A stretch of DNA of 64,000 bases from Eledone cirrhosa (taxonomy: Eukaryota): the NCBI GenBank assembly GCA_964016885.1, contig OZ024747.1, positions 8,618,001-8,682,000 of the forward strand, written 5' to 3'. Under the pieces are notes generated by a model. It was not told where the DNA came from. It saw only the letters and a program-made list of their open reading frames with translations, and made no database searches. Below are positions 52,846-64,000 of the stretch, piece by piece (within the stretch, counting starts at the first letter, position 1; each line of letters begins with the position of its first letter). The position numbers and the translations under genes were made by a program.

Positions 52846-53276
52846 CATATACATATATATATGTATATATATATGTATATATATATGTATATAGTTGTGA
52901 TGCTTTTCCAGCCTGGACATCTTTTCTGTCAGTCTAGCAATGAAAGTAAGTTTGAGCTGTTTAATAAACTACAACGGGCTATGGCTGGAACCGACCTCAC
53001 AACTCAAGCTAAACAAATCAATACAACTGAATATTCTTATAGAAAACATATCTTCACCAAATCAAGACACATGCAAACTTCAATACATTTTTTTAATATA
53101 ACATTAATATTATATGACTTTAATATAATATATTTATATATAAACCTTTTGAAGCTGAGGATAATTTGAAATTTGAAGATGTAACAACCCTACTGGCCTC
53201 TTTCTTTTCCATCTCCATTTGTTGTTACAGTTATTTTCTGCATTTGGTGTTTTCAAGTTTCAATTATATATATATA

Positions 53277-53324
<48 letters not shown>

Positions 53325-53454
53325 GTAAAAGTTCTATTTAAATTGTTGGGATGCAACAAGCAAATATTTTTATAACTGATATAAAGTACTCAACAAATAA
53401 TTGGAGTAAAAATACAATATTAACAAATGGAAACTATATTTATAAAACCATATT

Positions 53455-53519
53455 TATTTCATTATACATATTTCAAGGACACCAAGTTAAATTATGGTGT
53501 GCTTTCATCAGATAAAATA
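53455..53519 (-). ncRNA. Type I hammerhead ribozyme motif in a PLE-type insert (about 53322-53595)
   Basis: Same sequence as 44522-44586. Tail with GAGTACT on the minus strand at about 53385. Confidence 0.8.
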
Positions 53520-53591
53520 TAATATAGAGCAGTTTTATAGATAAATATTGACATACCCTTAAAGAATGCAACCATTATTGTTGGAAGCTCC

Positions 53592-53632
<41 letters not shown>

Positions 53633-53985
53633 TTGTATTGGTGATCCAACGTAGCAATATACATATAAATGTATGTATTGTATATTGAATAATATACAGG
53701 ATGTTTATAAAAAAACATTTGAAGGCCTTTCAAATGTTTTCATAAACATCCTGTATGTTACCCGGGTGAACCTACAGTAACTCCGCATTTCACTCCCTGG
53801 ATATATATATAGAGAGAGATAGATAGATAAATATACACGGGTGTGTATGATTGTGTATAGAAGATTATATTAATAAGAGGAATTCCAACTTTGTCTGATT
53901 TACTCGTTTTATTTACAATCCTTTAAAATTTATAATGGTATTATAATGAAATAGTATGATAGAATATTAAATGTTAAGTGTTAAT

Positions 53986-54024
53986 TGAACAAGTACTTTC
54001 ATGCTTTCGCAATCTTCAGGTTCA
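53986..54024 (-). ncRNA. Minimal type I hammerhead (mirror copy)
   Basis: Reverse complement of 54104-54142. Confidence 0.7.
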
Positions 54025-54103
54025 TAATGTGTGGTGACAGTCAAGTTTGCAATTTTCAACTGTCACAGTTGAAAATTGCAAACTTGACTGTCACCACACA
54101 TTA

Positions 54104-54142
54104 TGAACCTGAAGATTGCGAAAGCATGAAAGTACTTGTTCA
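54104..54142 (+). ncRNA. Minimal type I hammerhead ribozyme motif
   Basis: tgaac CTGAAGA ttgc-gaaa-gcat GAAA g-ta-CUU^ gttca. Stem I tgaac/gttca, palindromic aagtactt stem III. Confidence 0.75.
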
Positions 54143-55724
54143 ATTAACACTTAACATTTAATATTCTATCATACTATTTCATTATAATACCATTATAAAT
54201 TTTAAAGGATTGTAAATAAAACGAGTAAATCAGACAAAGTTGGAATTCCTCTTATTAATATATATATATTAATATATATAAACGATGTTGCAGATGTGCA
54301 ACGAAAGATTTATGTAAATTATGTAAACTATATATATGTGTTTGTGTCTATATTGTATCTGTATTATTTTTGACCGTCGGTCAGTCAATGGCAACATTGA
54401 GGACCGACTAAGTTAGATCGCAGATATAAAAGACAGCGAGAAGCGAAAACCAACCAAACAGTGAGTGTGTTCTGTTATTAATTCTGGCAATATTACGCAA
54501 ATATGACCCTCCCCAAGTATAAAAACATATATATATATATATATATATTAGTGAAAAATGGAACGGGAACAAAACAGAGAGGCAGTACGAACAAAGGTTT
54601 ATTAGTTTCACGCTCTTGAGATATATATATATTAGTATAGTATAACCATAATATTTCAGCTCTGTATATTACATAGAGCACTCTGTTTCCTTTATCTGTT
54701 CTACGGAATCATTCAACACTGTATGTATGTATGTGTGTATGTAAGATATATAGCAGTTCAGAAACATGCCCATACAAACCTGTTTTTTGTTGTTTTGTAT
54801 GTTTATTCCTTGTTTCCGGCAATGTTAAAAATCCCAGTAGTTTCTGTAATCGTGTAAGTCCTCTCTACTAAAATACTTATATCCCCTAATTGTAAGTAAC
54901 TATCCTAAAATTATTCTCTATTAAATCTGCACTTTATTGTATTTAAGCTCTCAATTACATCAGAACACACACCCTTAACGTAATTTTCGAGAATAATTTA
55001 CTTTGGAGAAATTACCCAGAGACCCTATCAACATGAAAAACAATAGCTAAGTTGGTATTATCAGATTTAATCTAGTAAGCATTCCAAAAGGTCAGTTGAA
55101 ATAAGTATGCAGTAAGATGGATATAATACTTGAAGGCAAATATAATTTTAAATATCTCTGTAATTATGCAAAGATAACTCCAGACATGCTTTAGTTTTAT
55201 TGGACATCCTCAGATGAAGTTGTTTTCAGAGCATCACCTTTTGGTTTTAGCAATTAATTAGTATATTGCTGTACTATTAAGTCACAGAATTAAGATTTCT
55301 TTTCAAAGTATTATCTTCATAAATTAACAAAATAACCAGTTCAAACTATTCCAGTTATTCAAAGCCTAAATATCAATATCATATGATATGGTTAATATAA
55401 TTTATCAATGAGTCCTATACGAGCGAGACACAGTCACCCGATCAATCTTGCCTCAAGTGGAACAATTCCCGTCTAACCCATGCTAGCATGGATGATGGAC
55501 ATTAAACAATGAGGATGATATGATATGGATATTATTTATCAATGATATGATATGGATAATATTATTTACATCTATTTTTTTTAAGTTTAAATATTGAAAA
55601 CGATACTTTCAAATGAAATTTTGATTTTGTGACCAGCTCACTCAAGATGATCATTTTTAAGGATAAATCTACATTTTAAGGATAAATCTACATTTCCTAC
55701 CATATTGTAACAGCTGTCCCTTAA

Positions 55725-55944
55725 CCCATTAGCATTCACATTACTCTATATATACTATTATATTTTCATGGTAAAGGCTTTACCTCGCATAATTATCTCA
55801 CATAATATTGAATCTATGAGATTTTGAAAGTATTTATTTTGAGAACAATACCTTAACATCAGTTTGAGTGACCAGTTACAGCCAGTTTCAACATAAAGAG
55901 GTAGAGAATTCTGTCCGGTTTTGGCTGGTTTGAACACTAAAGGG
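55725..55944. mobile_element. piggyBac-like MITE
   Basis: TTAA on both sides, imperfect TIRs CCCATTAGCATTCA / TGAACACTAAAGGG. Confidence 0.65.
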
Positions 55945-57107
55945 TTAATTGTGTAGTAAGAAAAACCAATAAACACACACATATGCATACATACATATAT
56001 ACATATATGTGTGTTTTTATGTGTGTTGTGTGTGTGTAAAAAGTAAATGGAAATAACAAAGCAAATGACTCAGCACAATGAAGAAATATTTTAGTTTAAC
56101 GCTTGAAATAATAGGAAAAGAGTCTTAACGTTTTGGACACTAGTCCTTTATCAGAAGATAAAATAAGAAATAAAAGATGAAATAAAAAGATAGAGAGTGA
56201 GTGAGAAGAGGAAGGGACAGAAAAAATAAACTAAGAAAAAAAACATACGTGTGGTGTGTTCATTTGTGCTGTAGTGTATTTTAGCAACCACATTGGAAAT
56301 CTCAGTAATAGTGTATGCCTTCCCTGGTGACAAATATACATATATCTCCCAGTGAGACTGTAAATACCCAACCTGAAATTATTCTCTAATTAAATATGCA
56401 CTTTATGCTATTTATACTCTCTGTTACACCCTACATATAATTCTAAAGAATCATTTACTCAGAGAAATTAGTTAAGTTAATGTTAATATATTTAATGTGG
56501 GGAGCATTAAAAAGTAAATTGAGAATAATTCACTCTTAACATCCTGTCGTTTTTTAGATGAAAATATCTAAAACCAGTTTTGTTCAAATGTTTGGAATAT
56601 ATTTGCCAGTGGACAGATTGTTGTGAAAATTTGCATCATTAAAGTAAAGACTTTAATTTTTAATGTAGTGCAATCATAGTGTTATTTTGTACTTTTCAGG
56701 AATGTCTTGCTGGTGCAAGAACAAGATAATATTACTGATTGACTAAAATAACTTTAGTAATTGATGCAAATAAGGAGGATAACACCAAACATGTTTCATT
56801 TATATTAGACCTACTCAGCATAGCCATCTCTATACAAAATAGAGTTTTACATTAGTTGGCATAAGAAATATACAATATTTTACAGACTAAATTACTTGTG
56901 GTGCTTGTATGTGTATATATATATATATATATACACACATATATATACACACACATATATATATATACACACACACATATATATATATATATACACACAC
57001 ACATATATATATATACACACATATATACACACACATATATATATATATATATATACTGTGTATATATAAGCAAAAGGGATATGTCAATATTTATAAAACA
57101 AACTTTG

Positions 57108-57168
57108 TATTTTATCTGATGAGAGCGTACCAAAGTTTTGGTACCCTTGAAATATCTATAATAGAATA
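57108..57168 (+). ncRNA. Type I hammerhead ribozyme motif
   Basis: tattttat CTGATGA gagcgtaccaa-loop-ttggtaccctt GAAA t-atct-AUA^ atagaata. Same family as 13311 and 44522. Confidence 0.8.
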
Positions 57169-57898
57169 AATATGGTTTTATAAATATAGTTTCCATTTAT
57201 TAATATCATTGATATATATATATATATATATTTATCTGAAATTTTACCCACCCTAGATATATATATATACACACACACACACGAAGAGAGTCAGGTCACT
57301 CTTCAGTGCTACTGGCAACATGGAACCCAGTACAACATGTGCATTGTTGGGTTGTTGCCAACTAAACCAACAACCACACCAAACTGGCTTGGTGAGGAGG
57401 AAGATTTGGGACACCTTGCAAGATGAAAAACAAAACCTGTCAAAGGAAGAAGGAACTAGGAGTCAATGGCCATCTAATAAAATTTTTTGTGTGTGAAACA
57501 AGAGACTCTTTGTCTTCATTTAGACATCTCTCTAGGAGATCACTCTCATATAAAACCTGCCACTTCGTTTGCATCCAATGATATAGACCAGTTCTACGTT
57601 TAGGGTAAATGCATTTGATTTTCAGAGAGTGGGCTCCGTGCAAAGCCTTTCCTTACTTATATTGTCGCCAACCATTGTTGCCAGCTCATGTGTACATTAC
57701 TCAAGACGCCATTTGTAACCTGAGACTTTTTATGTTCAGTAAAATTCTTTGGGAACCGATTTGTTTGTGATGAAAAGCATTTATGAATCAAGGTTCCACT
57801 GAATATATATATACCATCATTCATATATATATATACATGTATATATACCATCATTCATATATATACATGTATATATATACCATCATTCATCTATATAT

Positions 57899-58241
57899 AT
57901 CATCATCATCATCATCATTTTACGTCCGCTTTTCCCTGCTTACAAGGGTGGGAGAGGGAACTGATTCTGGCTTGATTTCTACAGCTGGATGCCCTTCCTA
58001 ACACCAACCTCATTTACAGTGAGTGCTGGGTGCTTTTTTGCCATGGCACCTCCACGACCATTTTACAGTGGAATGATAGGGACCTCAGTCCCTATCATCT
58101 CATTTCTACAGCTGGGTAAACTGAAGCAATGTGAAATAAAGTGTCTTGCTCAAGGAAACAACACATCACCCGGTCTGAGAATTGAACTCACAACCTTTCG
58201 ATTGCAAGCCCAATGCTCTAACCACTAAGCCATGTGCCTCC
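57899..58241 (-). mobile_element. SINE family A, full length
   Basis: Near-identical to 3849-4196. Confidence 0.9.
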
Positions 58242-59021
58242 ATATATATATATCATCATTCATATATAGACCCTACCCTCTGGAAATCCTTCCCTGCATG
58301 TGTTTTTGCTACAGCTGTTCACTTGCGACCATTTACATGGAATGATAACCAAGTCACTTTCATTGATTTCAGAGAGTCAGCTCCAAAGGCCACAGATATT
58401 GCCCCTTCCAAAAGACCAAACCATTAAAAACCAAGACAACAACACTTAACTTATTTCTGCTGAGGTATGTAATAATTTGTTTTATTCCGTTACTAAACTA
58501 AATCTTTGGTTGTTTAAGATTAGTAACAAGTATATTTAAATTCTAACTCAAGTATTTCACAATACCCTATATTCTTGTGTTGTAGCTCTTTACATTCTGA
58601 ATTCACATCCTCTTAAGATCAATTATGCCTTTCATCCTTCTAGGATTGATAAAGTACCAGTTATATACTGGTGTTTGATCTATTTGATTCAACTCATCAC
58701 ATTCTCTCTAACATTTCTAAAATACTGAGTGGAACATTTGATGTGTGCAGCACCAATGCATCAACTGTACACCAGCTTGGAGGGAATGTTGTTCATTCCC
58801 CTCAAAAGTTAAGGTCTTGGATCTATTCTAGAAAACAAATAATAAAAGTATGTTTTTTTATTACTGTTTAGTTGAGAAGGGAAAGATGTGCCTGGAAACT
58901 AGTGGTAGTAAAGTGTTTTCAAACCAGAGACTTGGCTCAAATGCTTGCAACAGAATGGGACTTCACTAAAAGCACTCAACAGCCAGGTGTTGGGGGTTAG
59001 ACCTGGGTGACAGGTTAACTT

Positions 59022-59220
59022 TTAACATCCTGTAATGATCTAGCAAGAAATATCTAAAAACAAGTTTCTTAATTAAAATGTTCATAGTAGTTTTACTAGT
59101 GAAGAGATCATTGTGAAAATTTATAATCAACTGAACACTTTAATTTTTTAATATGCAGTCAGCATTGTTTTGTATATTTCAACAATGTCTCAATGAAGTT
59201 TCATGTAGCACAGGATTTAA
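59022..59220. mobile_element. Probable TTAA-flanked MITE (related copy at about 56536-56700)
   Basis: ttaacatcctgt...acaggatttaa ends. Internal aaatatctaaaa..ttgtgaaaattt..actttaattttt is shared by both copies. Confidence 0.45.
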
Positions 59221-60930
59221 AGAGTTAAGTCTACCACTCATGGAGGCCACAAAAGGATTTGAACTTAAAGAGTGAAAGAGCCAGAATAGATATTGCAAGG
59301 CATTTTGTCATATACTCTAGCGAACATACTAATTCATCCAAGATAAATAAACAACACAATTGTTTAATTAATTTTTTTAATTAATTTATTTTTCTTTCTT
59401 TCATTTTTTTTTCAAAATATTTTTGTTTTCTTTACAATTATTGGACATTTCTTTGGTGTCTTCAAAACTGAATAATAGATTCTTTATTAGACTTGTTTTG
59501 GCAAGTTAAAAACATTTAAAAACAAAAAAAGGGGATGATCTTGTTTAGTATTTCAATGATATACAAAATAATATGAATATAACTATATACAAATGGTGTA
59601 GCAGGGACTTTTACTGCCCAGGGGGGAGGAGAAACAATATCATTTTCACTACACCCCACACCTTAATTAACAGGAATGATAGGACAGAGAAAATGTTGTG
59701 CCACTTCATACCTGCACTTAAGGGTAATTGTGTTAAGGAACAACTGCACCCAAGAGTGACTACACCCAGGGGTGAATATGATTAGAAGTGACTGCACCCA
59801 GATGCAGCTGTGCCTGTGGGTTACTGCACCCAAGAACAACTACACACAGGGGCCACTATACCCGGAGTTATGCACCCCATTCACAAACCCTTGCTGTCTC
59901 TGCTACATATTAATATACCAGAATTTTATTGTCAAATCATTGTTTAAAATTTAAGTTTGTTCGTGTTGTCATCTCAAAAAGAAAAAGAGTTCAAATACAT
60001 CAACTTCCTGCCCTATATTTTTTCCATTTTAACAGATTGAGCTAAGGAAACTATGTTTCCATTGGTCTTTCCATTGCTGATATTATCTGTCGGTCAAATG
60101 TTCTGGGAAACGGAAGAGTGATTTGAACTCAGGCTGCATGGAGCCAGATCAAATACTGCAAAGCATGCGATCCAACTTTTTAATGATTCTGCCAATCCAC
60201 CATCCTTGGACTGCTACTGTATTTATCAACCCTGGAAAGTAAGTTTTTACCTCAACAGGATTTCAACAAAAGATTTTTGAAAGTATGAAGTGTTTTTTTA
60301 TCAAGAATTAAATTTCTTTTAGAAATCTAAACAAAAGATTGCTTTGACAAGAAGGTTGTGTGATTAAGTTTTTGATTTCAGGTTCTGTCCTACTGCATGA
60401 AACCTTGAACAAGTATCTTATAAATTTGGTAGACAGAATCTGCATGGAAGCCCATCATGTATATATGAATATATATATATATATATATTTGTGTGGATGT
60501 ATCTCTCTCTCTATATATATATATAATCATCATCATCATCATCGTGTAACGTCTATCTTCCACGCTAGCATGGGTTTAGACAGGAATTGTCCTACTTGAA
60601 GCAAGATTGGTCAAGTGACCATGTCTCGCTCGTATATGACTGTCTGGCAGGTTTTCTACGGCTGGATGCCCTTCCTAACACCAACCACGTTTACAGTGTG
60701 GACTGGGAGGTTTTTACCATGTTACCTACACGGTCTCATTACAGCGTGGACTGTGTTTTTTTTGTCGTGACACCTACACGACCTCATTTATTTTGGACTG
60801 GATGTTGTGGTACCAACATAACTTTACGGAGAAAGGGTGGTGTTGGTGGGAGTGGAGGAGGGGAGTAGGGGTAGTGGGATGAGGTATATATTTGGTTAAG
60901 ATGTGCCTACTGACTGTAGGTTTCACTTTG

Positions 60931-60962
<32 letters not shown>

Positions 60963-60971
<9 letters not shown>

Positions 60972-61310
60972 AAGGAAGAGAAAGTACCACATATTCAACA
61001 TCAGTTTATTTCATTATATCATTCCATTATGTACATTTTTCAAAGGCATCAAAAGGTTATTATTCAACAATTATTCAATGAGTAATTGTTGAATAATTAC
61101 CTTTTTGATGCTTTTGAAATGTGCATAACATGATAAAATTATGAAATAAACTGATATTGAATATGTGATACCATCTCCCTTTTCTTAATATTGATACTCT
61201 ATCTGACACCATACCCATGATTTCTTATGGCATCCATGACGTTGAGTACTTCTGATGGATTACACCATAGTGGGTCGATTGATGAGATTAACTAACACTA
61301 ATTACCATAA
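60963..61310. mobile_element. Diverged fold-back insert with GAGTACT tail
   Basis: cacatattcaacatcagtttatttcat / atgaaataaactgatattgaatatgtg, centre attcaacaatt..aattgttgaat, tail to (TA)n. Confidence 0.75.
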
Positions 61311-61802
61311 TATATATATATATATATTTATATATATGTGTGCGTATGTTTATGTATATGTATATATACACACACATATATGTATGTGTGATTTACGAAC
61401 TTATCTTCAAATACAAATCTTCGAAATCAGATACTTCGAAGAGCATTCACTTCAAAAGTATTTTACTCAGAAAATCCAAACATCAAAAAGTTGGTTTAAT
61501 GCACCTTCTTCGAATACAAGATTGGGCAATAATCTGTATAAAAGGGTAATCAAAACCTTAATCAAAACCCTAACCCTAACTTGTTTTCTGAAATAAGTCC
61601 GAAATTGATGATTCGAAATAATTGGCCTATCAAAGGTATTCTACTACAAAGTTTTTGCTCATCGAAGATATCTTACTTCAAAGTTTTTGTTTTCAAAGAA
61701 ATGTGTTCAAAAATCTGTTTTCAAAGAAATGTCCGTAAGCGATGTATGAGTATGTCTGTCCGAGTCTTTGTTTACATCTACATCGCTTAACAGCAGATGA
61801 TA

Positions 61803-62137
61803 TATGAGAGTGCAAAACCTATCCTGGAAACGACATCCCACCTTGTCTAAAATCTATGGCAAACTTCCTCGAGCCTCTGCCCTTCTAAAATCCCGGAGAG
61901 CTCAATTTGCTGGCCACTGTCACCGTGCCAGCAATGAAATCATATCCGCTCTCTTGCTCTGGAACCCTGACTCCAGCCTGACTAGGAGTAGGAAGCTGTC
62001 ATTCCCTGACGTTATCTCTAGGGATACGGGAATCAGTAGACAGGACCTGGGGGCAGCGATGGGGGACAGGGAATTCTGGGGCATGAGAGTGAGATCCATC
62101 ATCTCGACAGTAGTGGACGAATGATGATGATGATGAT
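61803..62137 (+). mobile_element. RTE/RTEX-like LINE 3' fragment
   Basis: LKSRRAQFAGHCHR..LLLWNP..DVISRDTG..AMGDREFW followed by a (GAT)n tail. Confidence 0.8.
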
Positions 62138-62139
62138 AT

Positions 62140-62535
62140 ATAATATGGAAAACGAAGAATCAGCGATGCATCGGAACACAAATGTATTACATATTACAAA
62201 TGTTTCTCCGGCGAACAGCTGGAGGTGCGATCTGTTTGTGGATCGAACCTGACTCTGGATTCGCAAGTTCCTCAGACACATCTAGTGATTTCGAAGATAC
62301 GTCTAGGATTTGCTTGGAAATCACTGAGGAAGTTGCGAAACCAGAGTCAGGTTCGATCCACAAACAGATCGCACCTCAAGCTGTTCACCAAAGAAACATT
62401 TGTAATATGTAATAAATTTGTGTTCCGATGCATCACTGATTCTTCGTTTTCTACACTATTATACTCTGCTCCGAAGTAGCATAGAGTGCTCAACCGGCAT
62501 ACCGCCTATGGACGCATCCAAGCAACCTTACCACA
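62140..62535. mobile_element. Fold-back insert with extended hammerhead and GAGTGCT tail
   Basis: Arms gaaaacgaagaatcagcgatgcatcggaacacaaat / atttgtgttccgatgcatcactgattcttcgttttc, tail catagagtgctc.. to (TA)n. Confidence 0.85.
62189..62281 (-). ncRNA. Hammerhead ribozyme motif with extended stem II
   Basis: Minus strand: atgtgt CTGAGGA [gcgaa..cag..aggttcgatc-loop-gatcgcacct..ctg..ttcgc] GAAAC attt GUA^ atatgt. Stem I is GU-rich. Confidence 0.6.
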
Positions 62536-62905
62536 TATATATATATATATCCAGTAACTTAGCGGTTTGACAAATAGAGAGCAATAAAATAAGTACCAGA
62601 CTCTTTTTTAAAAAGAACTGTTGGTGATCAATATGACTGTCAAAGGTGCTACCCCAGTTTCATAGAAGTTAAAGGGCTGAAACCAGTAAAAGAATTTAAA
62701 AATTGAAAGGAAAAGTAATGAAAATATCAGCTTCAGTATTGCTTTCTGTTGTTTCTTGATTTGTTTTTTCTTTCAAAAATATTTTATTTCCTAATTAGGC
62801 AGGTAAATCTGAAATAGAGACAAAACAATAATGAGTAAGAACATTTATTGGACATTTTCAAATTAATTTTCAACAAACCATAACATTTTTTTCAATTTCC
62901 TAGAG

Positions 62906-63356
62906 CAGTCCTGGGCAAACTGCAGCCTGTTTGGCTTCCTGAATAACATGCCTAATTTAAAATTACCTTCAACTTTTTTAGTAGAGAAGCATTCCTTATG
63001 ATGATCCAAATATCTCGTGCAGCCCACTGTTTGTAAAAAAATTGCCCGTGATTGTTTTAAACCAGGCATAGGCATCCTTTTTCGAGAAGCCGGCCGCATG
63101 AAATATGGTTCATCATCAGGCAAGGCTGCAAGCGCTAATTTACATTCATGCCCACATTAAAAAAAGGGGGTGGTAACTCAGGTTGTTTTGATTTGTTTCT
63201 TCAGAATTTGTACACATTGTTTTCCTCGACTGTAAAAATGATAGAAAGATAAATTACGACTGAAAAGTTGGGGTAAAAAAAATCAGAAAGATTTTACTTA
63301 GGTGACTTAGGTGAGCCATTCAGAAAGCTTTGCGGGCTGCAGGTTGCCCATGACTG
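62906..63356. mobile_element. hAT-type MITE
   Basis: TIRs CAGTCCTGGGCAAACTGCAGCC / GGCTGCAGGTTGCCCATGACTG, 8-bp flanks tcctagag / atctagat (CTAG-centred, degenerate TSD). Confidence 0.75.
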
Positions 63357-63639
63357 ATCTAGATCATCATCACCATCATCCTTCTACATCCATTTTTCTA
63401 TTCTTGCATGAGTTTGACAGATTTTTTTCCAGCACTGTCTATCTCTACATGTCACATTCCTTTACCGAATCTCACACAGGAAATGATAGACTCCTTAGAG
63501 GTAGTTCATTGATTCTTCTACCTACGTGACCAAATTAGTAATAGGAGAGAATGCTTTTGAAAACACAGTGACCAGAATAAGAATAGTGGGGTGTGGGTGG
63601 GAGATTTCAGGGAGCTACTACGTTTATTGCCAACTTAAG

Positions 63640-63842
63640 TAAGGGTCAATGGTGGAGTGACTTACAAGACCTGGAAATGTAAGGGTCAATGATGGAGTGA
63701 CTTACAAGACCTGGAAATGTAAGGGTCCATGGTGGTGTGATTTATCTACCACAAGACCTGGAAATGTAAGGGTCAATGGTGGTGTGACTTACAAGACCTG
63801 GAAATATTGGGGTCACTTGTGATTTATCTACCACTAGACCTA
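63640..63842. repeat. About 40-bp tandem repeat (4-5 copies)
   Basis: Unit taagggtcaatggtggagtgacttacaagacctggaaatg. Confidence 0.9.
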
Positions 63843-64000
63843 GAGCAGTTTCACCAACAGGCTTTGACACAGTTTCTGTCAGCCAAATTTCACTCACAAG
63901 ACACTGGTTTGATCTATAGTAGAAGACACTTGTCCGAGATTCAATATGGTTGAACAGAACTCAAGACTATCTGATTGGAAAGCTAATTCCTTAATCACAC

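Larger units (their letters stand above)
53866..54262. mobile_element. Near-perfect fold-back insert (about 195 bp arms, 3-nt loop) with a hammerhead in each arm
   Basis: Centre aattttcaactg-tca-cagttgaaaatt. Confidence 0.9.

Noticed and set aside
56123-56158. Copy of the 8948 minimal hammerhead
   Set aside because: Core mutated (CTGATAA, AAAA instead of GAAA), so not listed as an intact ribozyme.
58311-58427. IDFRESAPKAT resembling a gamma-glutamyltranspeptidase motif
   Set aside because: Short match, in-frame stop soon after, no donor site and no other GGT motifs nearby. A BLASTX would settle it.

Overview
AT-rich, gene-poor eukaryotic (animal) DNA. The SINE/LINE families and the very high (TA)n/(CA)n microsatellite load suggest a cephalopod, probably Octopus; this is inference only. 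No host protein-coding gene can be supported, and nearly all ORFs in the track are microsatellite or antisense artefacts. The window holds decayed retroelements (a Penelope-like RT/GIY-YIG fragment, a near full-length RTE LINE with a PHD finger, and RTE, CR1, L1/Tx1 and RLE-type fragments), two abundant tRNA-derived SINE families, several DNA-transposon MITEs and a roughly 18 kb block of satellites. The most notable signal is about 15 short fold-back (inverted-repeat) inserts, mostly within (TA)n tracts. Many carry type I hammerhead ribozyme motifs (CTGANGA...GAAA...NUH with pairing stems I-III), some with greatly extended stem II, and many end in a one-sided tail with a shared GAGYRCT motif. 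They look like a diverse population of Penelope-derived, ribozyme-bearing hairpin elements.
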